DNA of 64,000 nucleotides from contig CAWFQB010000001.1 of the NCBI GenBank assembly GCA_963817895.1, positions 1,472,001-1,536,000 of the forward strand, written 5' to 3'. A program made the position numbers and the translations under genes. This DNA is from an uncultured Chthonomonadaceae bacterium (GTDB lineage Bacteria > Armatimonadota > Chthonomonadetes > Chthonomonadales > Chthonomonadaceae). Shown in pieces: positions 1 to 9,664 of the stretch (the first letter of the stretch is position 1; every line of letters begins with the position of its first letter). The notes under the pieces are model-generated. The model had not been told where the DNA came from. It did not search any database and worked only from the letters and a program-made list of their open reading frames with translations.

Positions 1-211
1 TCAGCGGACGCCGCCCCACTCTGTCCGACATGCGCCCCCATATCGGCGAAAAGATAAACTGCGCGGTGGAAAAGGTCGCCAGCAACGCGCCGCCCACCCA
101 GGGCTGCCCGCCATAGTGGGTAATATAAACGGGCAGCAGCGGCAGAATCAGGCCGAAGCCGAGCAGGTCGAGAAACAGCGTTAAAGCTAAAATAGCGAGT
201 GGACGTTTCAT
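1..211 (-). CDS. MFS transporter (TetA/DHA1-like), N-terminal part; runs off window start
   Basis: Manual translation from ATG at 211: MKRPLAILALTLFLDLLGFGLILPLLP...PIWGRMSDRVGRRPL, containing MFS motif A. Confidence 0.85.
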   Translation of the reverse strand, partial: MKRPLAILALTLFLDLLGFGLILPLLPVYITHYGGQPWVGGALLATFSTAQFIFSPIWGRMSDRVGRRPL

Positions 212-212
212 G

Positions 213-460
213 GGTTAGGTTGTTAGTTGTTAGGTTGTTAGTTGTCAGGCTGGCTGCCTGATTTAGTTGACAAATAGGGCTATGCCTCTCTATTTACGCT
301 TAAAAAGCGTCAAAGATACACAAAGCCGCTATGAGAATACCGCGTGAGCGCCCGAAATCTCATAACCGCTCTGAATCTGAGGTTTCGCTTCGCGGCTGCA
401 AATCAGGTAAAATACATCAACAACCTTACAACTAACAACCTAACAACTAACAACCTAACC
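213..460. repeat. Inverted pair of GTTGTTA(G) tandem arrays
   Basis: 213-249 and 424-460 are 37-bp reverse complements with 1 mismatch. Confidence 0.9.
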
Positions 461-464
461 TACC

Positions 465-1379
465 ATGCACATTCAAGACATTTTCGCCAACTGGCGCACC
501 ACGTTCAGTTTTGAGTTTATGCCGCCGAAAAACGACGTGGCGGCGGAGCAGTTGTTCGGCACGATTGCCGAACTGGAAACGCTGCGTCCCTCCTTTGTGT
601 CCGTCACGTATGGCGCGGGCGGTTCCACGCGCAAGTACACGCATGACCTTGTGGTGCGCCTGAAAAACACGACGAGTTGCGATCCCATTCCGCATCTGAC
701 GTGCGTATGCCATTCAGAAGAGGAAATCTGCAACATTCTGGAACGCTACGCCGAGCATGGCATCTCGAATGTGCTGGCGTTGAGCGGCGATGTGCCTCGA
801 AATCGCGGGGGGCATGACCGGGGCGGGGACGCTTTCCGCCGCGCGGCCGATCTGGTTGCCTATATCAAGCAGTTCAATGCGGAGGGCAAGCACACCGACC
901 CGCGCGGCTTTGGCATCGGCGTGGCCGGTTTTCCCGAAGGCCATCCCGCCACTCCGAATCGTCTGGAAGAGATAGATTATTTAAAAGCCAAAGTGGACGC
1001 GGGCGCGGATTACATCGTGACGCAGTTGTTTTTCGACAACCGCGACTTTTACGATTTCCGCGAACGCTGCGAACTGGCGGGCATCACGGTTCCCATTCTG
1101 GCGGGCGTCATGCCGATTACATCTGTGGGCGGCATGAAAAAAATGGCGGAACTGGCGCTGGGCGCGCGTATTCCCGCCCGCCTGCAAAAATCTGTGCTGC
1201 GCTGCGCCGGGGATGAGGATTACGTCCGCAAGGTGGGCGTCCACTGGGCAACGGAGCAGTGCCGCGACCTGCTGGACTGTTCCGTAAGGGGCATCCACTT
1301 CTACACGCTCAACAAGTCCACCGCTACACGGGAAATTTACGCCAACCTCGGCAGCAAAGATTCCTATGGTCTGGAATAG
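465..1379 (+). CDS. metF: 5,10-methylenetetrahydrofolate reductase
   Basis: SFEFMPPK, FVSVTYGAGG, PHLTC, GFPEGHP, KVDAGADYIVTQLFFD, GIHFYTLN motifs. Confidence 0.97.
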   Translation: MHIQDIFANWRTTFSFEFMPPKNDVAAEQLFGTIAELETLRPSFVSVTYGAGGSTRKYTHDLVVRLKNTTSCDPIPHLTCVCHSEEEICNILERYAEHGISNVLALSGDVPRNRGGHDRGGDAFRRAADLVAYIKQFNAEGKHTDPRGFGIGVAGFPEGHPATPNRLEEIDYLKAKVDAGADYIVTQLFFDNRDFYDFRERCELAGITVPILAGVMPITSVGGMKKMAELALGARIPARLQKSVLRCAGDEDYVRKVGVHWATEQCRDLLDCSVRGIHFYTLNKSTATREIYANLGSKDSYGLE

Positions 1380-1413
1380 TTGAGAATTAGCCAGAACTTA
1401 AAAACCCGAAACG

Positions 1414-1938
1414 ATGCAAAACCCACTCGAAGCCTACCGCCGTTCACAACGCGAGTTGCGCCGTCAATTTGAAACGTTCACGCGCGCGAATTGTCCGACG
1501 TGTCCGACGCCGTGCTGCCGCCGTCCCGCCCGCATCGCGCCAACGGATATTCTGCTGGCCGAAGCGACCGGCTGGCGGTCCAATCTTCCTGACGCTGCCA
1601 CCCCGAATAAGAATACAAATGTCACACTAAACAGCACAGATGTAATCTTGACGACGGACATGGTTGCCGCCACTGCCGCCCGCTATATGGATGAATTAAG
1701 CGCAGGCGACAGTGACGCGGCAGAGGAACCCGCAGACGACTTGCCATGCGAGTATCTTGGCGGAAACGGCTGTACGTTCCCTACCGACCTCCGCCCCTTC
1801 GGCTGTACTGCGTACATATGCAAGCATATGTACGCCCGTTTGGATCGCCCCACCCTGACCCGCATCAAGCGACTCGTCCGAGATTTGGAAGACAAGCACA
1901 CAATTTTACTGCGCACTTTAGCAAAGGATGAAGGATGA
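1414..1938 (+). CDS. Cys-rich putative metal/Fe-S-binding protein (YkgJ-like)
   Basis: CPTCPTPCC and CEYLGGNGC...RPFGCTAYIC cysteine clusters. Confidence 0.6.
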   Translation: MQNPLEAYRRSQRELRRQFETFTRANCPTCPTPCCRRPARIAPTDILLAEATGWRSNLPDAATPNKNTNVTLNSTDVILTTDMVAATAARYMDELSAGDSDAAEEPADDLPCEYLGGNGCTFPTDLRPFGCTAYICKHMYARLDRPTLTRIKRLVRDLEDKHTILLRTLAKDEG

Positions 1939-2042
1939 AGGATGAAGGATGAAAACCTGCTGTATAAGCCCTTGCGTCATCGAAAGAAGAAAATGGCTTG
2001 CGCGCTGCTTTTTCATCCTTCATCCTTCATCCTTCATCCTTT
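1923..2042. repeat. Inverted (GGATGAA)4 / (TTCATCC)4 arrays
   Basis: 1923-1955 and 2010-2042 form a perfect 33-bp inverted repeat. Confidence 0.92.
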
Positions 2043-2780
2043 GTCTGTCCATGCCCGGAGTTCGTCTGCCGTATTGTCTGTCAGGGGCAGGCCATGCCCG
2101 GATAGCAGCAGGCGCGGGGACAGCGTGACCAGTTTTTGCGCGCTTGCCTGTACCTGTTGCCAGTTATCGCAAAACAGGCGCGGCGGCAGGCATAGGGCTG
2201 TTTTGCGCAGGGCGGGAATGAGGTTGGGAACGATGTTCAGAATGGCGTCGCCGCTGAACAAGACGCCGTCCGCTTTGCGATAAAACGAAATGTGACCGGG
2301 CGCGTGTCCCGGCGAATATGCCACTTGCAGCCTGCCGCCCGGCGCGTGGATAAACTCGCCGTCCGTCACGGTTTGCCCGACTTTGCACCGCTCTACCGGA
2401 TGCGTGTATTCGCCAATCGCGAACGTCAGACTGGTAAATGGGCGGCGCAGCGCGTTCATGCCTGAATACGCATAGGAGCGGCGCGGGAGTTGGAGAAAGC
2501 AGGCTTCTCGTTCATGCGTCACGATGGTCGCGCCCAATCCGGCAAAATACGCCGCGTTGCCCGCATGATCGCAGTGCGCGTGTGTCAGCAAAACGGTTTG
2601 TATGTCGGCAGGTTCAAGGCCGAGCGCGCGTAATCCTGCGAGCAATGCCGGGCGATCCGTTTGCAGCCCGCAGTCAATCAGCGCGGCGTTTTTGCTGCTG
2701 TCTGTGTCATACAAAACATAGGCATTGCCCCACGCCAGCGAAATCCGCGCAATGTTGGAATTTATTTTCTGGACGCTCAT
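2034..2780 (-). CDS. MBL-fold metallo-hydrolase
   Basis: [26 protein letters not shown] motifs. Confidence 0.92.
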   Translation of the reverse strand: MSVQKINSNIARISLAWGNAYVLYDTDSSKNAALIDCGLQTDRPALLAGLRALGLEPADIQTVLLTHAHCDHAGNAAYFAGLGATIVTHEREACFLQLPRRSYAYSGMNALRRPFTSLTFAIGEYTHPVERCKVGQTVTDGEFIHAPGGRLQVAYSPGHAPGHISFYRKADGVLFSGDAILNIVPNLIPALRKTALCLPPRLFCDNWQQVQASAQKLVTLSPRLLLSGHGLPLTDNTADELRAWTDKG

Positions 2781-2864
2781 AGCCGGAACTCCTCAATCCT
2801 CTCAATCCTCTATCAACTACGAACTATCCACCTTCAACTACTCAGATACAGGGAGAAAACAATT

Positions 2865-3326
2865 ATGCGGGCCGTAGTACAGCGCGTTTTGGAAGCGAAC
2901 GTTCTGGTTGTAGAGGGCGAACACCTGCGGGTAGTGGGTAGCATCGGGGCGGGGTTTCTCGTGCTTGTCGGCGTTCGTGAGGACGACACGGAAGAGGATG
3001 CCCGCGCCCTTGCCGACAAAATCGCCAACCTGCGCGTTCTGGAGGATGCGGACGGCAAACTGAACTTGTCCCTGCTCGACAAATCGCAGCCTGCCCTCGT
3101 CGTCAGCAATTTCACCGTGTATGGCGACTGCCGCAAGGGACGCCGCCCCAGTTTTGTGGAAGCCGCGCGAGGCGAACAGGCCGAGCGTTTGTACCAGTCG
3201 TTCGGCGCGTTTCTGGCCGGGTTCGGCGTCGAAGTGCAATGGGGCGAGTTCAGGGCCGAAATGCGGGTTTCTCTCGTAAACGACGGCCCGGTTACGCTGC
3301 TGCTGGACAGCCGGAAGAAATTTTAG
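2865..3326 (+). CDS. dtd: D-aminoacyl-tRNA deacylase
   Basis: MRAVVQRV start after GGGAG RBS; VSNFT, KGRRPSF, NDGPVT. Confidence 0.95.
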   Translation: MRAVVQRVLEANVLVVEGEHLRVVGSIGAGFLVLVGVREDDTEEDARALADKIANLRVLEDADGKLNLSLLDKSQPALVVSNFTVYGDCRKGRRPSFVEAARGEQAERLYQSFGAFLAGFGVEVQWGEFRAEMRVSLVNDGPVTLLLDSRKKF

Positions 3327-3336
3327 GGGTAGGTCA

Positions 3337-3747
3337 CTAGCTGTGCGTAAATAAGGCAGCAATATCTTCCCATAGTTCGGGGGCTTCCAGCGCATCGGCA
3401 AAATCACGTACCCACATTTCTACTCGCTTCACATCAAGTTTCGGGTGTGTCTCAACCAAAGACTGAATATCCAGCATATCTTTAGGGCGGTGCGCAATTG
3501 CTTTGAGGATAATCAGGTCTTCGACAGAAGGCAGGCGAATAGAAAACGCCTCTGTCTCATACAGATTCGCGCGCTCTACCGCTTCCTCCTCAAAAGGAAG
3601 CACACCAAGAGAAATATCAACGTTAATCCCACTGCGTTCATGCACCAATGGCACGACGCGAGTTTGCTGCGCGAAGGCAACAGGATCGCTTGTACGCGGT
3701 TTGATGCCCTCTACCGCAGCCTGTATATCAGCGGAGGGATTGCTCAT
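3337..3747 (-). CDS. Nucleotidyltransferase-like protein, apparently N-terminally shortened
   Basis: VDISLG...EDLIILKAIAHRPKDMLDI resembles the NTase C-terminal signature; the usual N-terminal GG motif is not seen. Confidence 0.6.
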   Translation of the reverse strand: MSNPSADIQAAVEGIKPRTSDPVAFAQQTRVVPLVHERSGINVDISLGVLPFEEEAVERANLYETEAFSIRLPSVEDLIILKAIAHRPKDMLDIQSLVETHPKLDVKRVEMWVRDFADALEAPELWEDIAALFTHS

Positions 3748-3961
3748 ATTTCTCTTTCAATTTACGCCACCGCGCAGCAATAATATCCGTTTCCTGAGTT
3801 TCTCGTAGAAGGTCGGGCGCAGCGACATACGAGCCGAAACGTACAAGAGACTGAAACTGCTGCCAGCGTTGCGCAACGGTTGCTTTTTGCTGTTCTTCGT
3901 GTTCCAATTCTGCGACGGCTTGCCACCGCTGCCGATATGCGACTGCGACATTCCTATCCAT
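3728..3961 (-). CDS. Small helical protein, probable partner of the nucleotidyltransferase
   Basis: ATG at 3961 after GGAGG; overlaps the downstream gene. Confidence 0.5.
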   Translation of the reverse strand: MDRNVAVAYRQRWQAVAELEHEEQQKATVAQRWQQFQSLVRFGSYVAAPDLLRETQETDIIAARWRKLKEKYEQSLR

Positions 3962-4010
3962 TGCTGCCTCCCCTTCCACACCAATACGCCTATTATAGCG
4001 CAAATTCCCT

Positions 4011-5767
4011 CTACCCTGATTGCCGTGCCAGCAGAAGCGCATACGTTTCTTGAAGTTCCGGCTTTGCGGCTAAAAAGGCTCCCGCATCCTCCATGCGTTC
4101 CTGATTGATGAGAAACCTCAGAAAATTGCCCAATACGGTAAGCGTACTCGGATGACGCGCTCCCAAACTGACGACAAAAATGTCCAATGCCTGCGTGTAG
4201 AGCGGTTCGGCTTCCGCGTACCGACCTTGCGACCTGTACAAAAACGCCAGATTGTTCAGACTGGTGGCAATGTAAGGATGGCTGGCTGGCAAGGTTTTCT
4301 GACGCGCTTGCAGAGACCGCGCGTACAGGAACGTTCCCTCCGCCCACAGCGCCTGCCGATGCACGAAATGGATCAGCCAGTCCGCGATGTTGCCACTAGA
4401 CTCGGCATCTCCAAGTTCCGCCGCAACATCGGCGGCGGATACGGCATGACGCCAGGACGCTTCCAACGTTGCCCGTTTCTCCCTGTCCTCTGTGTTTGCG
4501 TTGCCGCCGTTTTCCTGCGCCAACTGCCAGTAGTAAGCGATGAAATGACGTTGTTGGATTTGCTCTGCATCTATTTTATGCAGACGCTTGCGGGTGTATT
4601 CGCGGGTTGGGTGCAGCAGGGAATACAGGCTGTGTTCGTTTGATGTTGTGTACATTAGCAGGGAGGCTTCCTGTAGCGCATCAAGATATTCCCGCCTGAC
4701 ATCTGGGAAGCAAGCCGTGATTTGTTCCGGGGCGCAGTCATTGGCGAACAGAGTGCATAGCGCGAACGCGGTTTTCTCTGCTGCGTTCAGCAGGTTCCAC
4801 GATCAGTCGTAGCACTTTTCCAGCGTGTCGTGCCGCCATTCCGGGTCGTTGGCGTCCCGCTCTTCTTTTGCTTCGGTCATTTCGCCCAAGACCGCTTTGG
4901 AGATGCCCACAGCGATTTCCGGCAGGGTTCTGTTTTTGATACCCGCCGCCGCCAGTTCCAGCGCAAGCGGAATGGTTTCGGTCACGCGCAGGATGGTTGC
5001 TATCGCTACGTTTTCCGCTTCCAAAGGCGTCCATTCAAAATCGGCTTTGCGCTCACGGATGCGGGCTATCAGCAGGTCACGCCCCTCTTCGGCTTCCAAT
5101 CCCCGCACATCTTTCGACAACTCCGCGCGGTCTGCTTCCACAGACCCGCGCCCGGTGACAAGGATATGCAGCAGGGGATTTGCCGTCAGCAGTTTTTCCA
5201 CAAACCGCTTTGTTGGTCCGCACTTCACCGTCTCGTAGTTGTCCAATAGCAGCAGAATGGAAACATCTTCTTCCATTCCTGCCAGTTCCAACGCATGGCT
5301 TCGCACTGCTTATGCCCGTTTCCAGACAACACGATTTGCCCGCCATGCGCCACGCTCATAATCCGCGCCGCATAAATCACGTCCGGGTGGTTCAGGTACT
5401 CGCCCTGTTTGTTCGGCATGACCTGCATTTCCGAGGTATGGACGCCGATACGCGCTGCTAATGTCCATTCCTTGCCATTTGTATCTTTGTGCGTGATCGT
5501 GGGCAGGATGTTTTGGATAGCAATCGCGCAATCCAGCGCATCGTTGACATTGGCAAACGCCGCCATGATGCTGTCCCCGCAGGCGTACCGGAAATGCGTC
5601 CTTTGTGTTCCTCCACAAGCCTTTTGATTTCGGCAAACTGCGGCTGTAGCAGTTGCAGGCTGTAATGCTGATACGGCAGGGCGCGAGCGGCCTGAGTTCG
5701 AGCCGACAATATCCGTAAACAGGAACGTGACAATGCCTTGCGGATAAGAAACAGGATTATCAGGCAT
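4011..5767 (-). pseudogene. Fragmented class III nucleotide cyclase / STAND-type ATPase / TPR gene
   Basis: VTFLFTDIVGS, GDSIMAAF, RIGVH, AARIMSVAHGGQI (cyclase); LLLLDNYE, IPLALELAAA (STAND); ATSLNNLA..YRSQGRYAEAEPLY (TPR), spread over several frames; no Walker A visible. Confidence 0.8.
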
Positions 5768-5784
5768 GGGATGACTTCCTTTAA

Positions 5785-6597
5785 TCAGGGTTTTTTCTGC
5801 CCGCGAAGCAGTTCTGTGAGCGTTTTGACTTCCGCGCGAAGTTGCTTGATTTCTTCCGGCGACGATTGGACTTTCTCCAGAACAAGGTCGTTACGGTCGT
5901 TGGCATCTTCCTCGTCGCGCTGCTGTTTCGCCAAAACCAGCATCGTCATCATCAGCGCTTCAATGGTCGCGAACAATCCCAAAAAACTGAACTCGCGGCT
6001 GTCCCAGGGCGGATGATGCCATTCATTAGCGATGACCCACCATGTAAACACAATCAGATTCCCCAACAAAAACGGCAGCGCGCCAAACTGCCGCACAACC
6101 CACTCGATGCGCTTTTCTGTCTTGCTGCGTTTCACTTCCAGCGTCTTTTTCGTGCTTGGCGTAATCATGTCCGCCATCATGTCCGCGTTATCTTTCAGCC
6201 ATTGCGTTGTTTCTCGCAGCATTACAATCGCCATTTCGGGGTGCGCCCGCATAAACGCATCGAAGTTATCGCGATGAAGCGCCAGCGCAAACACCGGTCC
6301 CTTTGCCTTTGCTGTCGCCGAGCGCGGTGTTCCGTTCAAGAGGGCGATTTCACCGAAAAACTTGCCCGGCCCCAGAGTGCGCAACGGCTTTGCATTTCCG
6401 CCCGCTTCTTTCGCGAAGAACTCCACCTCGCCTCTTTCAATAAAATACATGGTGTCGCCGTCTTCACCCTGTTCGCAAATCACATTACCTGCATAGAAGT
6501 GTTTATCTTCCAACAGGGGCGCGAGTTTGATGCGCTGCTCCGGCTGTAGTCTGCTAAAAGTAGGGGCTTCTTCCAAAAGGCGCAGGTTGACCGGCAT
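5785..6597 (-). CDS. Cyclic-nucleotide-binding domain protein with C-terminal membrane (DUF1003-like) domain
   Basis: QGEDGDTMYFIERGEV, FFGEIALL..PRSATA; two hydrophobic helices and a coiled-coil tail. Confidence 0.88.
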   Translation of the reverse strand: MPVNLRLLEEAPTFSRLQPEQRIKLAPLLEDKHFYAGNVICEQGEDGDTMYFIERGEVEFFAKEAGGNAKPLRTLGPGKFFGEIALLNGTPRSATAKAKGPVFALALHRDNFDAFMRAHPEMAIVMLRETTQWLKDNADMMADMITPSTKKTLEVKRSKTEKRIEWVVRQFGALPFLLGNLIVFTWWVIANEWHHPPWDSREFSFLGLFATIEALMMTMLVLAKQQRDEEDANDRNDLVLEKVQSSPEEIKQLRAEVKTLTELLRGQKKP

Positions 6598-6822
6598 GAG
6601 GGCATCTCCTCGTCCTTGCGTCAGGCATGAAAAACAGATGTACATCTTGTGTTTACGTAACGACAAATTCAAGAAAGCGAACTAAGTTTCCTGCCCGTTC
6701 TGAAGAGGCAGCGCATAATGTAGCTATTCACCACCAGAACACAAAGGACACCAGGAAAAATGAGAGGGAAGACGTTGCAAAACAAACAGGAGTACGCAGC
6801 AACCGTGTCGAAATACAGGCGC

Positions 6823-8466
6823 ATGAAGCCAACCCCTTTTCAGAATTGGAAAACCCGTGGCGTATTGCTGTGCTGCCTGCTGTGTGGCACAACCGCCACC
6901 GGCCAGCCGCCCCGCGCCGCCCTCATTGCTGCTCGTCGAGACGACGCAAGCGCGAAACTGACGGCCGCCATTGACGCCGTGCTGGATGCGCCCGATTTGC
7001 AGACCGGCTTTGTGGGGGCGTGCGTTGTTCGCGTTCGGGACAATCAGGTTTTATATGCGCGTAATGCGGACCGCGTGTTCCTGCCCGCTTCCAACAACAA
7101 ACTGCTCACTTCGTTTGCCGCGCTGGAAACCCTGCCGCTCGATTTCGCCTATCACACGCAGGCGCGCGCCATGGGAACGGTTGGCGAGGATGGCGTTCTG
7201 CGCGGAAACCTCATGCTTGTCGGGGGCGGCGACCCGCTGCTTTCCCTTGCCGATTTAGATGATATGGCGCAGCAGATTGCCCGAATGGGCCTGCGCGAAG
7301 TGTCGGGCAAACTGATTTACGACGACACGCGCTACGATGCGCAGTGGCTTGGGGATGGCTGGACGTGGGACGATGAGGCCGCATCCTATTCCGCGCAGAT
7401 CAGCGCGCTGAATGTCAACGGCAATTGCATTGATGTACAGGTTTTACCCGGTAAGAAAATTGGGCAGCGCGTTCGCGCGCAAACAGTTCCCGCCACCGGT
7501 TACATTCGGGTGGAAAACACGGCGATTACGGGCGCAAGCGGCAGCCGTTCCACCCTTGTTGTAGACCGCAAGCGAGGCCAGAACGTGATACCCGTTACGG
7601 GCAGACTTCCACTGGCAGCCGCGTCCGCGCAGACTGCTTCCCCCTTTACGGTTGCCGTCACTGTAGAAAATCCCCCGCGTTTTACGGCTACGCTGTTCGG
7701 CGCGGCCCTGCGCAAAGCAGGCGTTCATGTTGATGACGGCGCGATTGTTTCCCTGCGCGACATTCCCCGGTCGCGCGGGAAGAGCAAGACGCAGGAAGCC
7801 GATGCAATCACAACCCCGGACATTCTCCCGGCTTCAGATACGTCGGATGGAACCGTGATTGCCGAACATACCAGCATCCGCCTGCCCGAACTGCTGACGC
7901 GCATGAACAAGCCCAGCGACAACCTCATGGCCGAATGTCTGCTCAAAGCGGTCGGGGCTTATGGCGCATTTCCCAATGACGCGACGGGTTCTGGCCGCGC
8001 GCTTAACTCAGACAGGCGGGTTGGCACGAGCGGCAATAGCGGCACGGGGGCGCAGCTTGCCCGTAAAGCGTTCGGGGCGGCAGGCATGAATCTGGAAGCC
8101 GCGCGGCAGGTGGATGGTTCCGGCCTGTCGCGCGGCAACTACGTTTCGCCGCATAATTTGGTTCGCCTGCTCCTCGCGGCCCATGCCCGCCCGTATTTCC
8201 CCATGTTTTATGCTTCCCTGCCGATTGCGGGCGTGGATGGAACCCTGCGCAACCGCATGAAAAACACGCCTGCCGCCAACAATTGCCACGCCAAGACGGG
8301 TTCGCTTTCCCACGTCAGCAGCCTGAGCGGATACGTCCGAACCAGAGACGGGGAGGAACTGGCGTTTTCCCTTCTGATGAACCATCAGTTGGGGCCATCG
8401 CGCGCCAGTACCCGCGCGCAGGACAGCATCGCGCAGTTGCTTGCCGCCTATCCGGGGATGTATTAA
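6823..8466 (+). CDS. dacB: D-alanyl-D-alanine carboxypeptidase/endopeptidase (peptidase S13, PBP4)
   Basis: PASNNK (SxxK), GGGDP, SDN (SxN), DGSGLSR, AKTG; start uncertain (6760 or 6823). Confidence 0.93.
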   Translation: MKPTPFQNWKTRGVLLCCLLCGTTATGQPPRAALIAARRDDASAKLTAAIDAVLDAPDLQTGFVGACVVRVRDNQVLYARNADRVFLPASNNKLLTSFAALETLPLDFAYHTQARAMGTVGEDGVLRGNLMLVGGGDPLLSLADLDDMAQQIARMGLREVSGKLIYDDTRYDAQWLGDGWTWDDEAASYSAQISALNVNGNCIDVQVLPGKKIGQRVRAQTVPATGYIRVENTAITGASGSRSTLVVDRKRGQNVIPVTGRLPLAAASAQTASPFTVAVTVENPPRFTATLFGAALRKAGVHVDDGAIVSLRDIPRSRGKSKTQEADAITTPDILPASDTSDGTVIAEHTSIRLPELLTRMNKPSDNLMAECLLKAVGAYGAFPNDATGSGRALNSDRRVGTSGNSGTGAQLARKAFGAAGMNLEAARQVDGSGLSRGNYVSPHNLVRLLLAAHARPYFPMFYASLPIAGVDGTLRNRMKNTPAANNCHAKTGSLSHVSSLSGYVRTRDGEELAFSLLMNHQLGPSRASTRAQDSIAQLLAAYPGMY

Positions 8467-8642
8467 ATTCCCGTTAAATTTCAATGCTATGAGCCGTTCC
8501 TCATCAATTTTCTGTCCGCTTCAGGGTTTTCCCCGCTTGACAGGCAGGCCGGAACATGGTTTAATATGCCTGTCGGACTCGCGTTTCGCAATATTTTGAC
8601 GACGCTTCCCGACAGCGATTTCGCGCGTAATACTGCGGCAAT

Positions 8643-9548
8643 TTGCCCGCTTCCATTTTTGAAGAGGTAAGCGCATTGGATTCACAACAACCCTCCTCAC
8701 AACCGGAACCTGAGAAGGTCGCCCCTCCCGATATGGCTTCTGCCGACACCGTGTTCTCGCCCCGGAAGACGCCCGCGTCGCGCAGTCGCGCCCGCAAACA
8801 ACCCGCGTCCGCCGCGCCAACGTCTGCCAACGCGCAGCCTGAAATCGAAAATCGAAAATCGAAAATCGAAAATCCCGATGTGGAAGCGGCCCGCCACAAC
8901 GCAAGGGGAGATGCGCGGGACTGCGCGGGGGATTCGGCGCAGGCGCTTGCCAATTATCAGCGGGCGGTGAAATCCAGTCCCCGCAAAGCCGCGCCGCATT
9001 TCAATCTCGGCGAGTTGTACAAACGCTATGGCCGGCTCCATGCCGCCCTGCTGGAATACCGCAAGGCCGTCGAGTTCGCGCCCGACAACGCTTTTTACCG
9101 CTACAAACTTGGCGACTGCTACGCCGCCATCGGTTTTTATGCCCATGCCGCGACCGAACTGGAAACAGCCCGCGATCTGGTTCCGCAGGACGGCTTTTAT
9201 CATTTCTGGTTAGGGGACATCTACGCCCGAGCCGGACGGTTTCAGGACGCCATTACGGAGATGCAGCAGGCCGCGCTGTTTTCGCCCTACGACTCTTATT
9301 ACAACGCACGGCTCGGCATGTTGTACTTGCAGGCGGGGTATCTGCTGGAAGCCGCGGACGCGTTGCGCCAGGCCGTGAATCTCGACCCGGAAAACGCCTC
9401 CTACCACGCCCTTCTTGGCGACGCCTACGTCCGTTTGGGCTACGAGCGCGAAGCCCTGACCCACTACCGCAGCGCAGGCAAACTCGACCCTTACGATACC
9501 GCTTTCGTAGAACGCCTCCGCCGCCTGATTACCAGCGAAAACGCCTGA
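8643..9548 (+). CDS. Tetratricopeptide repeat protein
   Basis: About six tandem TPR-like units after a low-complexity N-terminus; start uncertain. Confidence 0.85.
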   Translation: MPASIFEEVSALDSQQPSSQPEPEKVAPPDMASADTVFSPRKTPASRSRARKQPASAAPTSANAQPEIENRKSKIENPDVEAARHNARGDARDCAGDSAQALANYQRAVKSSPRKAAPHFNLGELYKRYGRLHAALLEYRKAVEFAPDNAFYRYKLGDCYAAIGFYAHAATELETARDLVPQDGFYHFWLGDIYARAGRFQDAITEMQQAALFSPYDSYYNARLGMLYLQAGYLLEAADALRQAVNLDPENASYHALLGDAYVRLGYEREALTHYRSAGKLDPYDTAFVERLRRLITSENA

Positions 9549-9664
9549 GTTGAGAATACTTCACCACAGAGGCGCAGAGACACAGAGGTTTCACAGAGAT
9601 AACGAAACCGAGGAGAGAGGAAGCGTTTGCAGATTGATCGCTTCCAGAATATAACGCAGTGGTG

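Noticed and set aside
250..464. Possible SAM/SAH riboswitch upstream of metF
   Set aside because: No recognisable consensus; the visible pairing is explained by the inverted repeat element
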